This document shows, piece after piece, positions 1 through 7,828 of a stretch of DNA of 64,000 nucleotides. Positions within the stretch are counted from its first letter, which is position 1. Each line of letters opens with the position of its first letter. The notes beneath the pieces are model-generated. The model searched no databases. It had not been told where the DNA came from and saw only the letters and a program-made list of their open reading frames with translations. The stretch covers positions 2,396,909 through 2,460,908 of the forward strand of contig OZ220474.1 in assembly GCA_965115985.1 (NCBI GenBank), written 5' to 3'. The translations under genes were made by a program, and so were the position numbers. Source of the DNA: Acidimicrobiales bacterium (GTDB taxonomy: Bacteria > Actinomycetota > Acidimicrobiia > Acidimicrobiales > Bin134).

Positions 1-2
1 TA

Positions 3-179
3 TGGCCAGTGATTCTGGTTGCCGGTTTGGTCGTCATGGGGTTCTGTGTCCTTGAGGGGCTGGCCATCGGTGATGATCTGCACGAGGCCGGCAGTCGGGT
101 TGGCTCCGGCCTGTTCGTCGCCTATGCCGGAGGGAGCACGGCCTCGGTGGGCGGTGTGCTGCTCAGACCGAGCCGGTGA
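3..179 (+). CDS. 3' end of a hydrophobic membrane protein (5' partial, runs off window)
   Basis: Frame 3 is open from the window edge to TGA 177-179 and reads WPVILVAGLVVMGFCVLEGLAIGDD... It has no in-window start, so it is absent from the ORF track. Confidence 0.3.
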   Translation, partial: WPVILVAGLVVMGFCVLEGLAIGDDLHEAGSRVGSGLFVAYAGGSTASVGGVLLRPSR

Positions 180-316
180 GGTTCACCCGCCTAATAGCCG
201 GCAACTCCACCTCGAAGGGGCACAACCAGCATCACCGTAAGCGAGGTTCACCCGCCTAATAGCCGGCAACTCCACCTCGAAGGGGCACAACCAGCATCAA
301 CAGGTTCACCCGCCCC
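178..316. repeat. Tandem repeat, 65/58-bp unit x2.3
   Basis: gaggttcacccgcc... restarts at 178, 243 and 302. The array begins on the stop codon of the partial upstream CDS and fills the gap to the convergent kinase gene. Confidence 0.9.
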
Positions 317-334
317 ATCTTGGACGAGCGGGAA

Positions 335-2584
335 CTAGGCCGGGCGGGTCAGCGGCAGTTCCACCACCATCTCGGTGAACTCGCCCGGTTCGGTGTTGAC
401 GGTGATGGTGCCACCATGCTCCCGAATGATGTCGTTGGACAGGGCCAGGCCCAAACCGGTGCCCTCATTGGTGGGTTTGGTGGTGAAGAAGGGGTCGAAG
501 ATTTTCTCGGCCACATCCGGGGGGATGCCGTTTCCGTTGTCCCTCACGCTGAGGATGGCGCTCTCCTCGGTACGGCGGGTCCTCAAAACGATGGTGGGGG
601 AGAAGTCATCGGCATCGGAGGAGCCCGATTCGATCAGTTCCTTCTGCTTCTTGTTGGTGGCGTAGCCGGCATTGGCCACGAAGTTGAGAAACACCCGGCC
701 CAGGTCTTGGGGCACGACCTCGAGTTGCCCCATGTCCGGGTCGAACTCCTCGTCCATGGTGACCTGGAAATCGGGATCCTGGGCTCGAGCACTGTGAAAG
801 GCCAGCAGGGAGTGCTCATGGATCAGATCGTTGATGTTGGTGAGCTGGGTCTCGCCCCCGCCCCGGCCCATCAGGAGCATGTCCTGGACGATCCGGTTGG
901 CCCGGCTGCCGTGCGATTGAATGCGTTCCAGGTTGTCGTTCAGGTCCTGGTTGATCTCCTCCAGCAGGTCACGCTGCTCGTCGGTGAGGTCGTCGATGAA
1001 CTCTTCCACTATCTCGGTCATCTCTTCGAGCAATTCGGCCGATGCCGCGGAGAAGTTGTTGATGAAGTTGAGCGGATTGCGGATCTCATGCGCCACTCCG
1101 GCGGTGACCTCTCCCAGCGCGGCCAGCTTCTCCCGGGCGACGATCTGATCCTGGGCTTGGCCCAACTCCTCCAGCACGGCTTGAAGTTCGTTGTTGCGCT
1201 CGCCCAGTTCCTGGGCCAGTTCCTCCACCAGGTTCAACCGCTGAATCTCCAGGGCGTGGCGACGGAACACCTCAAGAGCCGAGGCCATCTCCGCGATCTC
1301 GTCGCGACCACTGACCTCCACCTCCTCCTCCAACTCCCCCTTGGCCAGTGTTCGCATGCGACTGGACAGGCGGCCGATTCGGCGCAGTAGGACACGGCCC
1401 ACGAAGAGCCAACTGATCAGGCCGGCACCGATGACACCGATAACGCTGATGATCACCAGCAGGATTCGGGCAGTGCTGATGGTTTGCGCGGAGTTCTCGG
1501 TGGCCTCGTCGGCCCCGGCCCGGGCGGCGTCCACGAGGGCGTTGACCTCTTCCAGAAGTTCGACCGCGATGGTTTGGTTCTGAGCCAGAAGGTTGTTCTG
1601 GCGCTCGATGATCTTCAGGCGGTCGACCGATACCTCAAAGGCGCTTTGCTCCCCGTTGCCGAGGGCCAGTAGCTGGTTCACCGCTGATTCCAGTCCCGGG
1701 ATCATTTCCGACGCGGCCACCGCGGACAGGCTGATCCGGATGCGATCCTCCACCGACTCGAAGCTCTCCTGTAGAGGTTCGACGAACTCGGCGGTGGAAG
1801 CAATCAGAGCGCTGCCCATCAATTCGGATGCTTGGGCAACGTCGGCCTGCAACGCGTTGAAGTGTCGATAGAGGAGCAGCTCGTCTCCCGATGTGCGAGT
1901 GGCGGCATCGGTGGGCTCGGAAACGAAGTCTCGATATCCGGTTACCTGGAAGAAGAGTTGGTCGTCGATGGCGGGCAGAATGATGCTGTTGGCTTGATCG
2001 CTCAGAGCCGGAATCTGGTTCTGGAGTTTTTCGATCTCTCCGGTCAAGCCGTAGTAGTGGGGCATATCGGCAGTTATGGTCGTGATGTTCGTCTCCAACG
2101 TTCTGGCGGATTCCCGGATTGCTTCAACGTGTACGTCTCCCGGGTTCTCATCGGCGAGGAGTTCAAAATTCTGCTTGAACTCCTGTTGGGCAGTGGTGAC
2201 TTCTGCGGAGATGGTCGAGAATTGATCGGGGGAAGACGTGGTTAGTCTGGGAGCGGCTGCCACCAGAGCGCTGCTCAATTCGGCCAGCCGAAATGCGCCG
2301 GCCAACTCGGGTACGCTTTCCTGGTTCACTCGATTCTGGCTTCTGCTTACGTTGGTGAACGAGATCCAACTCACGACGCTGGCTACGATGGTCAGAACAA
2401 CGGCACCGAAGATCCCGGCATACAATTGAGTGGAAATCCGTCGATGGGCGGCCGGACGTTGAGCGCCGGTGTCGGGGTTCTCGATCTCGGGGGTTTGTGG
2501 GTCGGGTGTGGCGGTCACGGGCTGGTACTCCCCGGTGTCGGGGTTCTCGATCTCGGGGGTTTCTGGGTCGGGTGTGGCGGTCAC
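335..2584 (-). CDS. Sensor histidine kinase (2 TM, ~300-aa extracytoplasmic domain, HAMP, HisKA, HATPase_c)
   Basis: H-box HEIRNPL, DNGNGI and GTGLGL ATP-lid motifs, a HAMP-like segment after the second TM. GTG start 2584 overlaps the upstream TGA (GTGA). An alternative in-frame GTG lies at 2518 in the second repeat copy. Confidence 0.9.
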   Translation of the reverse strand: MTATPDPETPEIENPDTGEYQPVTATPDPQTPEIENPDTGAQRPAAHRRISTQLYAGIFGAVVLTIVASVVSWISFTNVSRSQNRVNQESVPELAGAFRLAELSSALVAAAPRLTTSSPDQFSTISAEVTTAQQEFKQNFELLADENPGDVHVEAIRESARTLETNITTITADMPHYYGLTGEIEKLQNQIPALSDQANSIILPAIDDQLFFQVTGYRDFVSEPTDAATRTSGDELLLYRHFNALQADVAQASELMGSALIASTAEFVEPLQESFESVEDRIRISLSAVAASEMIPGLESAVNQLLALGNGEQSAFEVSVDRLKIIERQNNLLAQNQTIAVELLEEVNALVDAARAGADEATENSAQTISTARILLVIISVIGVIGAGLISWLFVGRVLLRRIGRLSSRMRTLAKGELEEEVEVSGRDEIAEMASALEVFRRHALEIQRLNLVEELAQELGERNNELQAVLEELGQAQDQIVAREKLAALGEVTAGVAHEIRNPLNFINNFSAASAELLEEMTEIVEEFIDDLTDEQRDLLEEINQDLNDNLERIQSHGSRANRIVQDMLLMGRGGGETQLTNINDLIHEHSLLAFHSARAQDPDFQVTMDEEFDPDMGQLEVVPQDLGRVFLNFVANAGYATNKKQKELIESGSSDADDFSPTIVLRTRRTEESAILSVRDNGNGIPPDVAEKIFDPFFTTKPTNEGTGLGLALSNDIIREHGGTITVNTEPGEFTEMVVELPLTRPA

Positions 2585-2599
2585 GGGCTGGTACTCCCC
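2468..2599. repeat. 66-bp tandem duplication x2 spanning the SBP-stop/kinase-start GTGA junction
   Basis: ggtgtcggggttctcgatctcggggg... begins at 2468 and 2534 with 1 mismatch. It encodes the duplicated TATPDP(E/Q)TPEIENPDTG N-terminus of the kinase. Confidence 0.95.
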
Positions 2600-4014
2600 A
2601 GAGCACTAGCGGATCGGTAGCGGCCATTGGCATCCAGGACGGTCAAAAAGACGGCATCCGAACCTTGGTTGTCCACTGCCCGGTCTGCTTCTTCGCCGAA
2701 GTCGAGCACGAATCCGTCGATGCTGATCCGACCGGCACCCAATAGGTTCTCCAGGAAGCAGTCGCGGGTCGGATCGGAACCGCACGCTTCCAGTCCGGCT
2801 ATGGCCAGCCTCCCGGCCAGGTATCCCTCGAGGGACACGAAACCGGGTTCGGCTTCGGGGTCGAACCCGGCCAGGGCTCGGGTATAGGAGGCCACGACCG
2901 GGATGGAGTTGTCGTGGGGGAACGGAACCACCTGGGTGACGTAAACACCCTCCCCGCCCGTCCCCAACTCGGTGGCCAACGCGTTACTGCCCACGAAGGA
3001 GACCGTCATGAATATGGGATCGAAGCCGATGTGGCGGGCCCAGGATATGACGGCGGCGACCGGTTGATAGGCCCCCACCAGGATCACTGCCTCGGGATCG
3101 CCCCGTCTCAGGTCGAGCAGCGCCGACTTCACTGCGGTGGTGTTGCGGGGGTAAACGCCGGTGGCCACCGGGACCATTCCTCGCCGCCCCAGTGCGGCCA
3201 ACACCCCGTTGTAACCGGCCCGCCCGAACGAGTCGTCCTGGAACATCACCGCGATACGACTGATGCCGGCATCGGTGGTGAGACGTTCGACCATCTCCTC
3301 GGTCTCCTGGGCGTAGGAGGCCCGGAGGTTGACGATGTTGTCCTGACCGTCGTTGCGCAAAAAGCCCGCTCCGGTGAACGGAGCTACGTAGGGGACCCCG
3401 GCATCGGCTGCCACCGGGGTGGCCGAACGCGAAGTCGGTGTGCCCACCGCGCCGATGAGGGCGAAAACCCGCTCTTCGTCGATGAGGGCCTGGGTGTTGG
3501 TTATGGCCGCCTCGGGTTCGTAAGCGTCGTCGCGGGTTGTCAACTCGAGGCGACGTCCGTTCACCCCGCCCCGGCGGTTCACCTCCTCGAAGGCTGCCTG
3601 GATGCCGAGCCTCATGTTGATGCCCAGTTCCTGAGCCGGCCCGCTCAGGGCTGCCGACTGCCCGAAAACCACCCGGTCGTCGAAAACCCCGAGTCTTCCC
3701 GGGTCCACCAAGGTCGGTTCGGGAGTCGGCGGGGGCGTTGAAGGAGGAACCACCGGATCGGACCCCCCCGATCGACATCCCGATGCGATGAGGGCCAGCG
3801 CGGCGATGACGAGTCCTACTGGTCGCAGGGCGCGGGGTTTGATGACGAGTCCTACTGGTCGCAGGGCGCGGGGTTTGATGACGAGTCCTACTGGTCGCAG
3901 GGCGCGGGGTTTGATGACGAGTCCTACTGGTCGCAGGGCGCGGGGTTTGATGACGAGTTGGAGTTCCCTCGGTTTGGTGGACAGGTTGTTTTGCTGGATT
4001 GTAGTGGTGTTCAT
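2581..4014 (-). CDS. Periplasmic substrate-binding lipoprotein, LivK/Peripla_BP_6-like; native 5' end severed by IS3, current start inside the IS end
   Basis: The mature part resembles branched-chain amino-acid binding proteins. Lipobox LIASGC is preceded by four KPRALRPVGLVI repeats. ATG 4014 lies in the IS terminal repeat. The long track ORF 2581..4593 is read-through into the IS. Confidence 0.75.
   Translation of the reverse strand: MNTTTIQQNNLSTKPRELQLVIKPRALRPVGLVIKPRALRPVGLVIKPRALRPVGLVIKPRALRPVGLVIAALALIASGCRSGGSDPVVPPSTPPPTPEPTLVDPGRLGVFDDRVVFGQSAALSGPAQELGINMRLGIQAAFEEVNRRGGVNGRRLELTTRDDAYEPEAAITNTQALIDEERVFALIGAVGTPTSRSATPVAADAGVPYVAPFTGAGFLRNDGQDNIVNLRASYAQETEEMVERLTTDAGISRIAVMFQDDSFGRAGYNGVLAALGRRGMVPVATGVYPRNTTAVKSALLDLRRGDPEAVILVGAYQPVAAVISWARHIGFDPIFMTVSFVGSNALATELGTGGEGVYVTQVVPFPHDNSIPVVASYTRALAGFDPEAEPGFVSLEGYLAGRLAIAGLEACGSDPTRDCFLENLLGAGRISIDGFVLDFGEEADRAVDNQGSDAVFLTVLDANGRYRSASALGSTSP
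3805..3958. repeat. 36-bp in-frame tandem repeat x4.3 (left half of an array split by IS3)
   Basis: Unit gatgacgagtcctactggtcgcagggcgcggggttt encodes VIKPRALRPVGL. The array ends at the IS3 target-site duplication. Confidence 0.95.
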
Positions 4015-4880
4015 GCGGCTTGGTGGTGGGTGTAGGTCTGGGCGGGGGTGCGGTGGCCGAGTGAGCTGTGGTGGCGTTGGCGGTTGTGGAACACTTCGAT
4101 GTAGTCGAACAGGATGGTTCGGAGTCGTGTGTGGTGGAGGTGTTCCCAGGGGCCGTGGATGTGGCGGATTTCTTTTTTGAGGGTGGCCCAGAACGATTCC
4201 ATGGCGGCGTTGTCGTAGCAATCTCCGACGCTTCCCCAGGAGCCGACGAAGTCGGCTTGGGCGAGGCGGTCGCTGAACGCCATGGAGGTGTATTGGGTTC
4301 CGTGGTCGCTGTGGTGGATCAGTCCGGGTTCGGGTCGGCGGCGGGCGATGGCCATGGTCAAGGCGTCGACGACGAGGTCCGTGGTTTGGTGCTCGGCGAT
4401 GGACCAGCCCACCAGGGTGCGGTCGCAGAGGTCCAGGATTCCCGCCAGGTGGACTTTGGTGTCGGCGCAACCGAACGAGGTTATGTCGGCCACCCATTTG
4501 CGGTCGGGAGCCTCGGCGGTGAAGTCCCGGTCCAGCAGGTCCCCGGCGGGCACTGTTTTGGCGCCGGGATCGCGGCGACGACGGTGGGAACACGCCCCCA
4601 CCAGGCGGTTCGCTCGCATCAGGCGGGCCACCCGGTTGCGGCCCACGCGGTGACCGCGGCGGCGGAGCTGCTCGTGGATCCTCGGGGAGCCGTAGGTGCG
4701 TCTCGAGGTCTGGTGGATCTCGCGGATCTCGACCAAAAGCTCGGCGTCGGAGGTCTCACGCCTGGACGGGCGTCTTTTGGCCCAGGCGTAGAACCCGGAC
4801 CGGCACACCCCGGCGACGCGGCACAAATCGGTGACCCGGTACTCGGCTCGGTGGTCGTGGACGAACCGGTAGCCGATCAC
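4011..4880 (-). CDS. IS3 transposase OrfB (DDE integrase core)
   Basis: rve-type sequence (HSDHGTQYTS, CYDNAAMESFWATLK). It overlaps orfA by 4 nt. Stop TGA 4011-4013 overlaps ATG 4012-4014 of the SBP fusion start. Confidence 0.9.
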   Translation of the reverse strand: MIGYRFVHDHRAEYRVTDLCRVAGVCRSGFYAWAKRRPSRRETSDAELLVEIREIHQTSRRTYGSPRIHEQLRRRGHRVGRNRVARLMRANRLVGACSHRRRRDPGAKTVPAGDLLDRDFTAEAPDRKWVADITSFGCADTKVHLAGILDLCDRTLVGWSIAEHQTTDLVVDALTMAIARRRPEPGLIHHSDHGTQYTSMAFSDRLAQADFVGSWGSVGDCYDNAAMESFWATLKKEIRHIHGPWEHLHHTRLRTILFDYIEVFHNRQRHHSSLGHRTPAQTYTHHQAA

Positions 4881-5173
4881 CGGTTCGTCTCCCTCGCGAA
4901 ATACGCGGCCGCCTTCCCCAGAATCTCCAAATCGATCTCCTGCTGAGCCACCCGCCTGCGCAACCTCTTCAACTCCTCACGCTCGGACACGCTCAACGCC
5001 TCGGGATCGGCCGCTCGCTCGCGTCGCTCACGATCGGCCTTGACCCAGTTCCACAGCGTTCCCTCGCTGATCCCCAACGACCGGGCCACCCCAGCAACCG
5101 AACGACCCGACGACACCGCCAACGCCACCGCCTCACGACGAAACTCAGGCGGATACTTCGACACACGACCCAT
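4877..5173 (-). CDS. IS3 transposase OrfA (HTH)
   Basis: MGRVSKYPPEFRREAV... with a leucine-zipper-like end. An AGGAGG site lies upstream of ATG 5173. The track ORF extends to 5239, but that part is the IS end. Confidence 0.85.
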   Translation of the reverse strand: MGRVSKYPPEFRREAVALAVSSGRSVAGVARSLGISEGTLWNWVKADRERRERAADPEALSVSEREELKRLRRRVAQQEIDLEILGKAAAYFARETNR

Positions 5174-5238
5174 ACGAGCCTCCTTCCCCAGGGACCGAAC
5201 CCCCATAATCAGGTGTCCACCAAACCGGGGCAACTCCA

Positions 5239-5411
5239 AGTCCTACTGGTCGCAGGGCGCGGGGTTTGATGACGAGTCCTACTGGTCGCAGGGCGCGGGG
5301 TTTGGGGACGAGTCCTACTGGTCGCAGGGCGCGGGGTTTGATGACGAGTCCTGCTGGTCGCAGGGCGCGGGGTTTGGGGACGAGTCCTACTGGTCGCAGG
5401 GCGCGGGGTTT
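5239..5411. repeat. 36-bp tandem repeat x4.8 (right half of the IS-split array; alternating gat/ggg variants)
   Basis: Same unit as 3805-3958. Joining 3958 to 5242 restores a seamless 9-copy array. Confidence 0.95.
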
Positions 5412-5432
5412 CCTCCGGCCGGCGGGTTTCAC
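5242..5432 (-). pseudogene. Detached original 5' end of the SBP gene
   Basis: GTG 5432 overlaps the TGA of the upstream kinase gene (GTGA) and reads MKPAGRRKPRALRPVGLV... through the repeats until the IS3 insertion. Confidence 0.7.
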
Positions 5433-5860
5433 GACTCGGGAAGCACGACCAGCTTGAGGTGGTTGCGGCCGTGCTCGTTGTGGTACTCCAAATCCTGGCC
5501 CAAGGTCCGCACCAGATAGAGCCCCAGACCACCGATGGGGCGCTCGGCCAGTGACAACGTCAGGTCGGGCTCGGGGGCGTCCTCGAGTGGATTGAAGAGG
5601 GCTCCGTCGTCGGTCACGCGGATGGTCAGCGCTCCGTCGTCGGATTCCAGCTCGAGGTCGATGGTCGTGAGTCCGCTGGTGTCCCCATGGGTGAGGGTGT
5701 TGAGCACCAGTTCTTCCAGTATCAGATTGGCCCGCATGGTCAACGTCACCGGCCAGTTCTCCGCCTCGGCCATTTCTTCCAGGACATTCTCGATCTCCGG
5801 CAGGACGGACGAGGGTTCACCCTGTTCCAGAGGGAGAGAGAAGCGCAGCGATCGCTGCAT
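5429..5860 (-). CDS. RsbW/SpoIIAB-like anti-sigma-type serine kinase (HATPase_c_2)
   Basis: 143 aa with NTLTHG and GGLGLYLV motifs, in an operon with STAS and PP2C genes. Confidence 0.8.
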   Translation of the reverse strand: MQRSLRFSLPLEQGEPSSVLPEIENVLEEMAEAENWPVTLTMRANLILEELVLNTLTHGDTSGLTTIDLELESDDGALTIRVTDDGALFNPLEDAPEPDLTLSLAERPIGGLGLYLVRTLGQDLEYHNEHGRNHLKLVVLPES

Positions 5861-6103
5861 GTCAGCAGCTAGCTCCCACGGTCGGCGCGAGGATCGAGTG
5901 GCTAGCTCCCACGGTCGGCGCGAGGATCGAGCGGCTACCTCCCACGGTCGGCGCGAGGATCGAGCGGCTACCTCCCACGGTCGGCGCGAGGATCGAGCGG
6001 CTACCTCCCACGGTCGGCGCGAGGATCGAGCGGCTACCTCCCACGGTCGGCGCGAGGATCGAGCGACTAGCTCCCACGGTCGGCGCGAGGATCGAGGCGG
6101 CCA
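5861..6103. repeat. 33-bp tandem repeat x7 filling the whole intergenic gap
   Basis: Unit ggctacctcccacggtcggcgcgaggatcgagc with contiguous copies and no spacers. It carries the 80-codon ORF 5862..6104. Confidence 0.95.
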
Positions 6104-7255
6104 TCAGGGGCGGCGAAGCGTCAGACAGGTGATGTCGTCGGACTGGGGGGCGTCGCCCGTGAAACTCCTCACACTCTCGAACACCGCCTGGTTGGCGGCC
6201 GACGCGCTGTCGGGGGGGTGACCGTTGAAGACCTCGGTCAAACGATGCATACCGAACTGTTCGCTGGTGGCGTTCATGGCCTCGGTGACCCCATCGGTGA
6301 ACAACACGATGGTGTCCCCCGGGGCCAACGTGATCGTCTCCTGGGAGTAGGTGATGTCGGGAGCGACCCCCAGGGCTACACCATCGGTGAGCGGCAACTC
6401 GGTGACCGTGCCGTCCCTGCCGACCAGAAGCGGGGGGTCATGGCCCGCGGTCGAATAGGTGAACGACCCGGTGTCCGGGTTGAACAGGGCATAGATCAAT
6501 GTCACGAACATGAAGGTGGGGTTGTCCTGATGGAGTTGGTTGTTGACCTCGCCCAGCACCATTTCCGGGTCTCGGACACCGATGGCCGCCCCTTTCAGTG
6601 CGGTACGGCTGGACATCATGAACATCGACGCGGGGATTCCCTTGTCGGACACGTCGGCCACCACGAGGCCGATTTTGTCCTCGAGCGTGAAATAGTCGTA
6701 GAAGTCGCCGCCGACATTGCGAGCCGGTTCCATGTTGGCGGCCACTTCGTATCCGTCGTTGGCCGGGGGGGTCTTGGGCAGGATGGATTGCTGGAGTTGG
6801 CTGGCAATGCTCAGCTCGTTCTGAAGGGCCACCAGTTGGTCTCGGGACGACAACGCCTCCCGCCACTCGGCCAAGTGTTCCAAGGTGCGGGTGATGGTGA
6901 TCTTGAGGTCGTCGAAGTCGATGGGCTTGGTTACGAAATCGAAGGCCCCCCGGTTCATGGCGGTGCGGATGTTGTCCATGTCACCGTAGGCGGAGATGAT
7001 CACCGCCCTGAGATTGGGATCAACCCCGGGAAGCTGCTGGAGCAGGGTGAGGCCATCCATCTTGGGCATGTTGATGTCCGACAGCACCATATCGATGGTC
7101 GGATCGGCGTTGAGCTTTTCCAACGCCTCCACCCCATTTTGAGCAAAAACGAACTCGTATTCGTTGGAGCGGATCTTGCGGCGCATCCTCTGAAGGATCA
7201 GAGGTTCGAGGTCCGGTTCGTCGTCGACGACCAGGATTCTGTAGGGATGATGCAA
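6104..7255 (-). CDS. Response-regulator receiver fused to PP2C/SpoIIE phosphatase (RsbU-like)
   Basis: N-terminal REC domain (VVDDEPD...DINMPKMDG) and a C-terminal PP2C-type domain (GGDFYD, DGVTEA). Confidence 0.9.
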   Translation of the reverse strand: MHHPYRILVVDDEPDLEPLILQRMRRKIRSNEYEFVFAQNGVEALEKLNADPTIDMVLSDINMPKMDGLTLLQQLPGVDPNLRAVIISAYGDMDNIRTAMNRGAFDFVTKPIDFDDLKITITRTLEHLAEWREALSSRDQLVALQNELSIASQLQQSILPKTPPANDGYEVAANMEPARNVGGDFYDYFTLEDKIGLVVADVSDKGIPASMFMMSSRTALKGAAIGVRDPEMVLGEVNNQLHQDNPTFMFVTLIYALFNPDTGSFTYSTAGHDPPLLVGRDGTVTELPLTDGVALGVAPDITYSQETITLAPGDTIVLFTDGVTEAMNATSEQFGMHRLTEVFNGHPPDSASAANQAVFESVRSFTGDAPQSDDITCLTLRRP

Positions 7256-7259
7256 GGGA

Positions 7260-7589
7260 TTACCCCTGTTTGGCGTCTTCCACCGATGGAAATACGTTGA
7301 TGATCTGGTCGAAACCGCTGATGCGGAATACGTCGCCCACGGTCTCCGACAACGAGCAGATGCTGAAGGACTTGTTCTGCTTGTCGAGGCCCTGGGCCGC
7401 CATCAGCAGTACCCGCAACCCGGCACTGCTTATGTATTCGAGGCCGCCGAGATCCAGGATGACCTTCTGGTCGCCGGGATCGAACAAGCCCTGGAGGGAC
7501 TCGAGGAGATCGGATGCGTTGGATCCGTCCACCCGGCCGGAAGCATTGACGACCAGTACATCACCATTGCGATCATGACTCAATTCCAT
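7260..7589 (-). CDS. STAS-domain anti-sigma-factor antagonist (RsbV/SpoIIAA-like)
   Basis: MELSHDRNGDVLVVNASGRVD...YISSAGLRVL. ATG 7589 is preceded by AAGAGAGG. The track start 7649 is probably too long. Confidence 0.85.
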   Translation of the reverse strand: MELSHDRNGDVLVVNASGRVDGSNASDLLESLQGLFDPGDQKVILDLGGLEYISSAGLRVLLMAAQGLDKQNKSFSICSLSETVGDVFRISGFDQIINVFPSVEDAKQG

Positions 7590-7674
7590 GGCTGGGGCCT
7601 CTCTTTTCTTATTCCGTGGCCGAATATTTTGCCAGCCAGCACTATACACAACCCACCGGGCTCAACGGGTAGCG

Positions 7675-7828
7675 GCGACCGGCAGCGCTGGTGGGGGCGA
7701 GGGGTCAGCGGGGTTGGGGCGCGCTGGTGGGGGCGAGGGGTCAGCGGCGACCGGCAGCGCTGGTGGGGGCGAGGGGTCAGCGGGGTTGGGGCGCGCTGGT
7801 GGGGGCGAGGGGTCAGCGGGGTTGGGAG
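7675..7828. repeat. 36-bp tandem repeat x4 (72-bp higher order) copying the 3' end and stop of the thiolase-like gene
   Basis: The 26-nt core gcgctggtgggggcgaggggtcagcg occurs at 7685, 7721, 7757 and 7793, with alternating 10-nt linkers. The last core contains the real stop at 7813-7815. Confidence 0.9.

Larger units (their letters stand above)
3959..5238 (-). mobile_element. IS3-family insertion sequence, 1280 bp, apparently intact
   Basis: Ends TGGAGTTCCCTCGGTTTGGTGGACAGG (3959->) and the reverse complement TGGAGTTGCCCCGGTTTGGTGGACACC (<-5238) form imperfect inverted repeats with TG..CA termini. A 3-bp direct repeat AGT lies at 3956-3958 and 5239-5241. orfA and orfB overlap as in frameshift-type IS3 elements. 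Confidence 0.9.

Noticed and set aside
2581-4593. 670-aa ORF as the SBP gene
   Set aside because: The N-terminal ~190 codons run antisense or out of frame through the IS3 orfB region and are Pro/Arg-rich. The SBP homology starts after the repeats. It was trimmed to ATG 4014 and flagged as IS-disrupted.
5861-6103. Possible CRISPR array (regular 33-bp repeats)
   Set aside because: The units are contiguous with no spacers. There are no cas genes except an unrelated Cas4-like nuclease 16 kb away. The same head-to-tail structure occurs at about 28 other loci with unrelated sequences.
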